DNA of 64,000 nucleotides from Amphiscolops sp. MND2022 (lineage: Eukaryota): positions 88,538,001 to 88,602,000 of the forward strand of contig OZ076409.1 in NCBI GenBank assembly GCA_964187785.1, given 5' to 3'. Below are positions 27,508-37,533 of the stretch, one piece after another. Each line of letters opens with the position of its first letter. The first letter of the stretch is position 1. The position numbers and the translations under genes are program-made. Below the pieces are notes generated by a model. It worked only from the letters and a program-made list of their open reading frames with translations, did no database searches and had not been told where the DNA came from.

Positions 27508-28466
27508 ACAACCAGGACCGGTCCAATTCGGCGCCCAGCTCAAGTTTCTTCAATATGCAAAAGACACTATTTTCAAACTTTCGCCAAATTATCAGTGCCG
27601 AAATAAACCCCAAGGGATACGCATGACTCGGTTACCACTAACCCCCCCTTATTTCCCCTGATTGGAAACACAAAGATCCATTGTTGAAAATTTATTTTGT
27701 TTCGGGAAAATCTCATAGTGTCGAAAAAGGTTTTAGCTCCGAAAACTACTTTTTCTCAAGCCGAAATCAGCTATAAAAGCGAGGGGGGTACCCTTTGACC
27801 AAATAAATGTTCGGAGAAAAAAACGCACAGATATGAAAGAAAGCTGAAGATTATTTTTCACAATCATTAAGAAAACTTAATTTCTTCAAACATTGAGAAA
27901 ATTAACACTTCCACAGTATCAAAAAGTAACAAAGAGGTCACCGAGAAACATGTTCTTCTACCGGAAACCTCAAAAACTAAAAATTGTGGAGAAAAAGTTG
28001 TTTTTTTTCAAATTTTTAAAAACTCTTCGGTCAGTTGCACAGTGCCGAAAAAACCAAAAGTGGCTATCTATGTTCTCAAAACGCTGTTGTTTCTTCTGAA
28101 AATCGAGGGAGTTTAAGTTTGGAAGAAAATCTTTTGAAAAACTCGTATAGTGACGAATAAGTTCTAAATGAGAGACCCTTTGGTCTCATCCTACTTTTGC
28201 AAACGTTTTTTTGGTTCAGTTCGAAACTCGAACCCACGTACCCTGTTTTTCAGATCGCGCGAAATCCGTGTTAACCACTAGGCCAAGTGACTGACTTCTT
28301 TAACACCTTCTTCTGTTCGCCAAAAGGGACATTTGAAAATTTTTTAGTAGAAAAATAGAAAAACTTTTGGTAAAACTCTTTTGAACCGATCAGGTGTATC
28401 GAGAAAAAACTGCCGAAAAGCCATAACTATAGTCCCTCGTTTCTAAAGAAAAGCGCCGACTAAAAA
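27508..28466 (-). mobile_element. Non-autonomous Helentron/HINE-like element, family B
   Basis: Ends homologous to 47736-48277: subterminal inverted repeat (A)GTCGGCGC/GCGCCGACT, terminal T-run and an internal A/B-box segment. Confidence 0.6.
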
Positions 28467-29105
28467 TTTGGAATGTCCAGTGGCAACCAAGGAGCATATC
28501 AAGCATACAAGAAAGCAATTATAGACAAAGCTGTTCTAGTCTGCTAAAAGTAGAGCTATGCACAGGCTTTAAACAAGCCCCAGCAATAACAAAAAGCTGA
28601 GCTCTCCGTGTTTCAGGACAGTGCTAAAGTTCAAGGTCGCTATGCGAGCCAAAACTCCCTTAGCTTCTTTCACGCCCAAAACGGAGCGTGAACAACGTAA
28701 TTGATACTGACTTAATAGTATATCTCTGCGAGAAATGAAGATACCGAAGTTTCTAAAATGACGAAAAGTGCCTGGGTTTGTTGAATCGACCAATTGACCG
28801 GTATAAAAAAGTGTTTCGATTAAGGTGTACCATGTGTATCATGAGTATACTCATTGGTATCCTGGATCGATGTCAGTGAAGGTGAAAGTACTGAGGGATT
28901 TAATAGAATGATTACTATACAGCATGTGATTTGGTTGAGTTCCAAAATGTCAAAAAGTTTCCAAAGCAGACACGTTTAAAAAGTAAAGTAGTTTAATTTA
29001 GCTTTCCTGACTCTTCTCCCTGTTAGATTATCAAAACAACGAAACCATATTGTCACAATGAATTAGTTCACAGGTATATTATCAATTTCTCTTCAACAAA
29101 TGATT

Positions 29106-29316
29106 TCATCTGGAGTTAAAAACGAGCCAGTTGTTTTTGCAGCACAGTACAGTGGGCGTGTCCGGCAGATCCTCTGGAGCGATGGCGTAGGAGTTCTTTC
29201 CGAACTGGAACTTGACGATGCTGCCTTGTTGGCACGTGTATCTCACCTGGTGATGGCTCTCCTCTCTGTAGGGGGGCTGCCAGTTGGAGATGCTTGAAGA
29301 CGACTGTTGGTGCAGT
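29106..29316 (-). CDS. Probable terminal exon of an unidentified host gene
   Basis: Acceptor tttttctgcag, then a GC-elevated open frame LHQQSSSSISNWQPPYREE...VRYTCQQG...VLCCKNNWLVFNSR*. Upstream exons not identified. Confidence 0.45.
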
Positions 29317-29747
29317 CTGCAGAAAAATTTGGAGATTTTTAGGTTTGCTTCGCCTGATGGGAATCAAGTTCTTGAGTGGTACTTCAACAAACGTATAAAC
29401 AAGACAAGGAAAAAAATAACGATGAATAAAATAATTATTATGCTTTTTCGATCAAATTGTGATCAAATCCTGTGAAATATGTGAACTTATAATCGTATTA
29501 ACTTCAAAATTCAAAAAAAATTCCTAAAAACTTTCAAAATGAACTGTCGACCTCGTACCTCTAAGAACCTGTCACGTAGGGAAATGCCAAAATTCGTAAA
29601 AAGTAGTGAATCTTTCAGAGTTGAAGAAGCCATCTGAGCACTGGAATCTATTCCGCTGCGAACAATTTTAGCGGCGACATTATGTGAAGGCTAATTAATC
29701 AAGGAACTAGTACAAGAAATTCGCAAAAACTGATTCATTTCACTGTT

Positions 29748-30308
29748 TCAGGAATGTGTGTAAGAACCATGACCCATGGTATCTCTTAAGTCACCTACAG
29801 ATCTTGAATCTTTCTTTGCAATTTTTATTTTAGGCCCGGGTGCGCTTTCCCTGTTCTCCTGACTATTTGGGGACGAACTGGCCTCAGTGTCCCTGTGTCC
29901 CATAGAGGACATCGAGTTCGCAATGTTCTGGATTTCTGGAATAACTCTTTCAGCTATAGCTGTTGTTATAGCCCTATTTATTTGGCTATGCATTATTGAC
30001 ATCATAGATTCCATTTCTTGAGACAATCTAAGATTAAACTCACTTGAAAAGGCCTCAAAGGATTGCCTGACTTCATTTTGCCTCAAAGGTTCATTTTCAT
30101 GTAAGTAATCTCTAAACTCATTTTCATGGTACACGTTTGTATCATCGTCCCCGTGGGCCGATGACTGATCTATCACATCGGCTAGTTCTCTTTCAATGGG
30201 ATTATTATTTTCATTTCCCAACATCACGTCTAGGTTATCATAGTCGGACAGCATGTCCATTTCTCTAGATCTCCTAGCTTTAGCCTTTTGACGTCTAGTA
30301 GAAGGCAT
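29748..30308 (-). CDS. Gag N-terminus copy encoded in the 3' LTR (186 aa, reads into the flank)
   Basis: Nearly identical to the gag 5' part in the 5' LTR, without the premature stop. Confidence 0.5.
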   Translation of the reverse strand: MPSTRRQKAKARRSREMDMLSDYDNLDVMLGNENNNPIERELADVIDQSSAHGDDDTNVYHENEFRDYLHENEPLRQNEVRQSFEAFSSEFNLRLSQEMESMMSIMHSQINRAITTAIAERVIPEIQNIANSMSSMGHRDTEASSSPNSQENRESAPGPKIKIAKKDSRSVGDLRDTMGHGSYTHS

Positions 30309-31330
30309 AAGAGATTATTGCAAGAGGCAAGAATTTAAATTAATATCTCGGGCTTGCAAAGTGAAAATGAACGGGTAGTTTTAATCAACAATTCGCAACA
30401 GTAATGCAACAGTAACGTATCAAAGTATCATCAGAATAATTCTGTCCCCGGGACCACCAGTCCCGGTTATATATATTTGAATCTACATGACACTCAATAA
30501 AATGGTGATCATATTCTAAAAATAGCCTTAAGGGCTTTCTAAATATAGCTACAATCTATAAATAGCAGGCAACGTCAACATTACATCATATAGATCAAAG
30601 GTCCCTCTTGGCGGCAAATATGGCGGCGGGACCATGAATCCGTTAGGACAAGCAACTGCTTACATGCATACTAAGCAACGTACTACATGTATGAAATACA
30701 TATTACATGTATGAAATGCTTACTACATGTATAGATAGTAAATTTACATATATTCTAAACTAAATATATTGCGCAAATTACATACGAAGCAACACCATCA
30801 AACTAAGTCTAAAATATTAAATCAGTCCTTTGAGGACCAATAGCGCCTTTTATTAGTTATCAAAAGATTAATTATTACATAACCAGTACTGCTAGTTAGA
30901 ATAGCACTCTCAATTAAAGCGCGGACTCAGTGTCCAATAGACTTGTACAGCCCGGCGTTTTATTAGCAGGCGGCATATAGCTGTCTAGTCCTTTAATCTA
31001 TTATGCTAGCACGAGTAAAGGTTACATAACACTGCGCTATGATTGGATGACGAGTTAATCGGACTTGCGGACCAAGGCGACAGGCAAGAAAACATTTGAA
31101 CGCGTTTCCTTTACCTGTACGCCTTGGTGTCCAATTAACTCGTATTAATACATAGAATTACATAATATAGCTTGTACAAAATGAAATATATAGGATTTTA
31201 CATGACTTTTAAGGCAACAAATATAGTTTTGCTTGTAAGACTTAATTCAGTGGGAGGGTGTTGGGCTGCGCCTTCCTGTAGTCGTGACTAATTGTATAAA
31301 GATTTCCATCACAGGCGGACGCCTGGGACA
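29759..31330 (-). repeat. 3' LTR
   Basis: Matches 43763-45334 with about a dozen substitutions by eye; TG...CA ends. Confidence 0.97.
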
Positions 31331-32081
31331 CTCCCCCTGGAATGAGCATAAAACATCCCACCTTCATTCCTTCTAGGAAGGCTAGCCTTCTTGCGTTGAA
31401 TTGAAGGGCCGATTCTCCTTGGATGGTTGTTTTATGAAGGTAGTCGATGACTGCCTCGTCTTGAATCTGTTCGACTGATTTTCCGCAGACGAGGCAGTCT
31501 GTACATCCTGAGATGTAGGGGTTATCTGCGCCACTTGGTCCCCTGAAGTGTATTCCGTTGGCATGTTCTTGTTTGCTACTAGTAGTGGCTTCCGCTGCTA
31601 TTCTCCAGTCGTCTGACGGATATTTGTCGACGGCTGGCGTAGACATAGGCGTGTCGACCATAGGGATTAGCTGGCTACACAAATTGATTGGGTGATCATT
31701 CCTTAGTCGCGGGTCTCTCGCAATCGGCCCTCTGCCCATTCCCAAGTCAAAATAGCCAGCGTCGAACATAGGCCCAGGGACGTACGCTAGTCTGGGAGTC
31801 GCGGCGCGTGTCACTTCCTGCTTATTGGCAGAGGAAGGGATGGAAATTGCTTCTGATGTCGATGGAAGCTCCATCTGTCTCTCCACGCATTGAGCCAGGA
31901 GGGCCATCTCATCGTCGTCAGACAGGCTTTCTAGGTCGTCAACAGATGCGCTGCTGACACATTCCATGTCGTCGTCCGATGATATGTATATTATTCCGTC
32001 TCCGGGCGCTGCCCCCTGAAAGTCCTCGGGGTAATATTGAGGAGAATCACGGTCGAAGTGACTTGCCAGGAATTTATCCAT
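31242..32081 (-). CDS. Accessory ORF3 of the retrotransposon (about 279 aa from ATG 32081), unknown function
   Basis: Intact ORF with acidic N-terminus, IIYISSDDD and CTDCLVC. No evident signal peptide or TM segment. The last 89 nt lie in the LTR; ctttcag acceptor at about 32113. Confidence 0.75.
   Translation of the reverse strand: MDKFLASHFDRDSPQYYPEDFQGAAPGDGIIYISSDDDMECVSSASVDDLESLSDDDEMALLAQCVERQMELPSTSEAISIPSSANKQEVTRAATPRLAYVPGPMFDAGYFDLGMGRGPIARDPRLRNDHPINLCSQLIPMVDTPMSTPAVDKYPSDDWRIAAEATTSSKQEHANGIHFRGPSGADNPYISGCTDCLVCGKSVEQIQDEAVIDYLHKTTIQGESALQFNARRLAFLEGMKVGCFMLIPGGVSQASACDGNLYTISHDYRKAQPNTLPLN
31331..31340 (-). other. Polypurine tract
   Basis: AGGGGGAG immediately before the TGT of the 3' LTR on the minus strand. 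Confidence 0.8.
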
Positions 32082-33362
32082 GATCAGTTTTTTAGCTATC
32101 TTGGACAATTGACTGAAAGGTTTTAAATCTTGAGTTTTGAGAAGCTGCTGATTTTCAAAAGTGAAACTGAAACAATGGCGGTTTCCCCTTCTGTCGACTT
32201 GCGGGAGTTTTCGTTTCAGTTTCCCGGGGTTTCTCCCTTCGTTGCTGACTAAATTTTCAATAACAAAATTCCTTCTTTCTAGAGTCTATTAACTAGCTGC
32301 TCAGTCTTCTTTGAAAATGCCGACTGAGGATTTGTTGACTTACATCAACTCTATCAACACTTCCATATTAAGAGCGTCGCTTCAAGTGTTTATTACCACT
32401 CAACAAGCACTTAAAAGTTTCAAGAGGGTGAAGCTATGGCAGACGGCCACGCCGTCCATCAGCGTTTCTGATCAACCAATAGGAATGCAGCAAAATTTCT
32501 CTTGAGTAAAAATGGCTCCCCAAGGTCGTAAATCCATATAATGAATAATATAAAATGACCTGAAATTAAATAAAATCCTGGTAAAATCATGAAATATTTT
32601 ATAAAATGGTAAAGTTTCGAAATAAGATAAATGAAAGAATGTAGATATCGCTGGCAGACTCTATCCACATAATAGTGTAAATTGTAGATATCTTGTAAAT
32701 TTGACACCAAACTGTATAGCCACGAACTCCAACTTTGACATCTTGTCACATTGCCAATTCTCTTTTCAATTCATTATTTTCAAATTCTTTCCAGTTACTC
32801 TTTGTATTATCGTCCAGTATTTAATCGTCTTTAGTCTTTTAGTCTTCTAGTCGTATTTACTCCGTATTCATTTGAAGTACTCATTTGTAATTTCTTCCGA
32901 TTACGTCTTTTGTGGATTTCTTGGGTCATCCTAGGACAATTGACACTGAGTCCCTTTTCGCTAATTCATCTCCAGTAATCTTTCTTGTCCCTCATCAAAG
33001 AAGAATTTGTCTTCTCCTCACAACTGCTGCTGTATTGTCACCAGTCCAGCTTCGTCATCCTCCTCTACTGATCGCTCAGCTTTCAATTCAGTGACCACCA
33101 GTCTAACTGTCCACAGCACTCCCCTCTCAAGACATCCTTCTTTGCATTCAAACAGGTCAGTAGCTTTTCAGGTTTTGTTTCTATTTTAGTAATGAATTAA
33201 TCTGAGGCTTGATCAGGGCTCTCATTTCATTCACGTACTTCCTGTCCCATAACACAAGTGTTCACTTGAGTTCGAAATATCTACTTCCGGAAGATTTTTA
33301 ATGCGGTAATGGACTCTTTCTCAGGAAGTTTTCCGCTTGAGTTTATCTCTTTCTGTTTAGAC

Positions 33363-36300
33363 ATGTCGTCCGAAGAGCGAAATGATATTGTTCCTGCCAC
33401 TGCTACTGCATCCATGGCTGAAGAAGAAGTTGCCATTCCCGAAGAAGCTGGTACCAGTCAGGCCACTTCGATCCCTGTAGACACTGAGTCCACACAACTT
33501 GTGCCGCCAGGAGATAATCCTGATAAGACTGCTCCGACCCCAAGCCCTTCTACGGATGAAAGCATTTCCGCCTACATTGACCGTCAACTGCAGACTTTGG
33601 GTTGCCAGGGCCTTGGTCTTGACATCTCCTTCTTGCCCCCTACTAGCACTGCTATTGCAGATAAGGCTGTCCATCCAGCTATTGAGAAAGCCTCCGGGTC
33701 GGACCCCATCCCTCAGGTAGTGGGAGAAGCCTCCAATCAGGAGTCGGGTGAAGTCGATGTCGACCCTGCGGCTGACATCCAAAGTGAAACTGGCTTTTCT
33801 GTCGCTAAGGCAGATTATTTCCAAACTGACACAAGTGACAACGAAGAGTTGCTTGACAGTTCTGGCGCAGAGACCCTTAAAGAATCCCCTTTCCTGATTA
33901 ACATGGAGAATTTGAGCGTTGTGGAGACTGAAGTCCCCAAGGAGGCTGGACCGTCGACTTCAGCTGGGTTGCCTGATGCTCCGTCCCCGAAGCTTCTTAG
34001 CCCTACTAGGCCTTTGTCTGCTTCTGCTCGGACCCTCATCAATCAACATTTCAGCGAAACGAATCCGAGTATCCTTCCAGTCGGGCATGCCACAGTGGCC
34101 TTTAATCAGGGCCAAGTACATTCTATTCTGCGCGCTGTGTCCTCTGAGACCATTACTTCATCCCTTCATCAGATGAAGAACATCTTGGAAGCAGCCATCC
34201 GAGTAGGAATCAGGTCACAGAATGTTCAACAGAGTCCTAATCGGCAACGAGTCAAGTGCTTCCGCAAGAAGTCAGACAGTCCTGGATTAGATGGACTGGA
34301 TAGTGACGCTGGTACCGAAGGGTACACAAGTGGAGCCCTCAGTTCTGAGGATGAGTTCGTGGTGAATTCTCGAAGAACCGGAAAAGAACTCAACATTGCC
34401 CCTCCTCCTAGTCCTCCTGCTCAAGATTCCCTCAGTGTAAGTGGGCCGTCAACCAGCCAGCAAGTTCCTAGTCCTGGGTTCTGCTCCACGGACTATGAGC
34501 CATTAGCTACCTTGACAGGGGATCAAGCTTCTGCCGTTAGTCCTCCCCGCAAGCGCCGCCGAGTTCCTGCCCGAAGTGGCAAAATAATGAAGGAGGCTTA
34601 TTTCAAGGGAATACAGTGGACTCGGACTTTTGTTACTGGACCGTTGGACCCTGAGCATAATAAACACAAGTTTTATTGCCAGATATGCAAGACCAACGTG
34701 TCCATGTTCTCCAAAGGCGCCCGAGAGATTGTGCGGCATTTCCAGTGCGAGGCTCATTTCCGCAAGGACCAGCGCTGGAGATACGAACACCTGAAGAAGA
34801 AGGACGCAGTGACTGGTCGAATTGTCCATGAAGTCAGAGGGAAGAAAGGACAAGTGCTGACCCCTCTTGAGCTAGAGCGTGAGAAACCCTTTTTCATGCA
34901 GGTTCCCCTAGTCGAGATGGGATGTAGTTATCCGTTCTACGAGGACCACATGGCCGGGCTAGGATCTGTTGCTGGGCAGGAGGAAATCAGACTGTGCGTC
35001 CAAATCTCCATGGTAGCCCTCTTCGCTCCCCGATGCGGAGACCTCCATGTCCTCGAGCTGCTGTGGGCGCAGATTGGCACCGTGACCAATCACCAGAACC
35101 TGTTCTCCCCCTACGATTTGGGTTCTACCACGCTGACTGTAAGTATCATCCATTTTAAGCCTCAAGGGCCTTCAGGCTATTATAGCCCGAGCATATTTTC
35201 ATCCCTATTGGTTCATTTTAGGCGATCTTCCATCACATTTTCCTCTGCGGTATCGCGGACATTGCGTACCACGTCAGCGTCACTGGACAGTACTCCTTGG
35301 AGTTTGAGGCACGAGGCACCTATAGTTTCGTGTCAATCCGATTCTGGAAGGGCGACTGTCTCAACGTTGTCCGACTACTGCGTTATCGCACAGCCTCGGA
35401 ACCTGCTGCAGGCTTCCTGCTTGCTCTTTCTCGCCTCTTGACCGTGTTGTCCGCTCAGCCTCAAATCGTGAGTGTGTCTGGGTGTCCCGCAGAATTGATC
35501 CCTCTGCTTGAGCGTTCTCAATTCTTCCAGAAGGGAATAGAGTACCCCTTCCGATTCGATGCACTGAGTCTGCCCAGCATGATGCACGAGCGATGGGGCA
35601 GCGTGTTTGGGGCCATTAGCTTCTTCTCGCAGCTGAAGTTTCTGGCCACCTTTCTAGACGGTTGCAGCGGACAACCCTGGGCTGCACTGATGCCTGAATT
35701 CGTCAAGGTAAGGACAACGTCACATCGACTGTAGGTCCAACCATAGGTTGATTTTAATTTTGATATTGTCTATAGGCTATGTCGACCTGCCATCTGGAGA
35801 TTTCTGCCGTGCCCGCCATATGCTCCGAACTGATCGCGAACTGGAAGGCCATCCACCAGTATCTCACCAAGATTGCTCCCCCACAAGTGCACCAGGGTGT
35901 CAAACTCAAACCCCAGAGTTTGGAATGGGAGATCATCGGTGATGATTTCTTCATCATCAAACTGGAATTCTTCGCGCGGATCGTTCGTGATTGTTAGTAT
36001 CTACCTCTTTTGTCTTGTCACATGGACACAGAGTCCTATTTTTGTTTGCTTTTACAAGAAACCTGACCAAAATGTAGTAGACTGCCAACTTTAGGTCCGT
36101 AGCTGTAGAATGGACCAATTAGGGTAATCATATATATTTTGTATTCCAGACACCAAGAGCTTCGAGAGCCAGTTTGCCCAGCGAAGGGACAGTGGATTCT
36201 AAACCTTCCGGGAATTCCACACCTTCATCCGCAAGTTAGCTGCGTGTGCCCTGCTTCCCAAGCATGTTCCAGAGATTTTGGACTGGAAGGCCCTGGATGA

Positions 36301-37300
36301 CATGCAGGGACAAAATTGGAAGCAGTTGTCAAACCGCGATTTCCTGAGTCGGCTGAAGCTGAAAGAGAATCTCGATGCCTGTTGTCTTGCGCGAGTAAAG
36401 AGAAATTACAGCGAAAAGCAGTTGACTCCAGAAGAGACAGAAGCCGCCGTTGAAGCCACCCGGGACGAGTTCGCCACCAAGGCCCGAAGCTACCTCGTCT
36501 ACCTGCTGAAAGTCTTTTTGGCCGATATTAGCCTCAATGCTGGTATCGTCAGGGGTCTAGCCAGTTTCGACCCGGTAGCCCTCCTGAACCTGCCTCTTGA
36601 GCAGGCCACATATTGCTTTTCCGCGCTCCACCGTTCCTTCAGCCTGCGATGGTGGTTGGAGAATTCCTCAGAGGCCGACATCCGCGACGAGTACGTCGAA
36701 TTTCTAGAGTACTTTCGGGAAGTCAACTCTGGAGCCAAGAACACCCCAGAGGTCTTCACAGACATGGTTGTGACCTTGATGGGAATGCCAGAGCTGAAGA
36801 TGCGCAAACATTTATTCCACATCTTCCAACTGAGCTGTTTGTGCCTCACATCCAAATCGCCAGAGCTCCCAGCCGTCAAGTTTTCTGGGGTCGATTGTAG
36901 TGAACCCCGCAGTCGGCTGTTCGACGTAATCATGCCCGCCCAGTCTTATCTCGCCAACGTTTCGAGCGCAGTAGCTGCTTGCACTACTGAAGCTTCCCTG
37001 GGTACATTCAAAGATCTGGAGTTGCGGTTCAGCAGCGGCAATGTCCCCGGAGATCCTTGGACTCACGTTGACAGCTTTGGCAGGGCTAATTTTCACAAGA
37101 CTCTGGTCGCTGTATATAGAGCTCTGTGTAAAGGTGTCCGGCCCGACCCTGAGTGCGTCTCAAGTTCCTCATCGAAAGAAGGAGGTAAATCCCGCAAGCC
37201 GTCCCCCGAGAAGAGTAGAAAGGTTTGCTTCAAGCCCACGAGTGGATCAGACGCCAATCAGTCCTCCAATATAAACGCTCCTGGAACTTCTAAATCTTAA
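33363..37300 (+). CDS. Antisense spliced cargo gene: BED-type zinc finger / hAT-transposase-derived protein (about 1209 codons, one in-frame stop)
   Basis: Exons 33363-35138, 35222-35707, 35776-35992, 36150-37300 joined by phase-compatible GT-AG introns. Contains PPRKRRR (NLS-like) and W...FYCQIC...RHFQCEAH. TAA at 36200-36202. Confidence 0.8.
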
Positions 37301-37533
37301 ATGTACAAAGAGTACATTTGTTTCTAGACTTTGTAGTTTCTGTAAACAGTTTTGTATAATTTCTTCTTTGTTGCTTGTTTGCGTGGCTTTGTATTATTCG
37401 CCACTGAGTCTCTCTTTTTGTATATAATCGTTCCAGTAATCGGTAAAAAATCAGTCAGAGTAGTCCCAAGTAAAAAATAAAAGTCCTCAAGGGCTAGAAG
37501 TAAAGGGAAGGGACTAGTAATTTAATTTTCTGA

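Noticed and set aside
29759..31330. Duplicated 1.57 kb as an assembly artefact
   Set aside because: TG...CA ends, TSD, PBS, PPT and scattered substitutions identify true LTRs.
31242..32108. ORF3 as an env gene
   Set aside because: It sits in the env position but has no evident signal peptide, furin site or transmembrane anchor.
33309..35441. 710-aa ORF as a complete single-exon protein
   Set aside because: After ...STTLT it reads through a GT-AG intron out of frame; the first 18 codons precede an acceptor at 33360.
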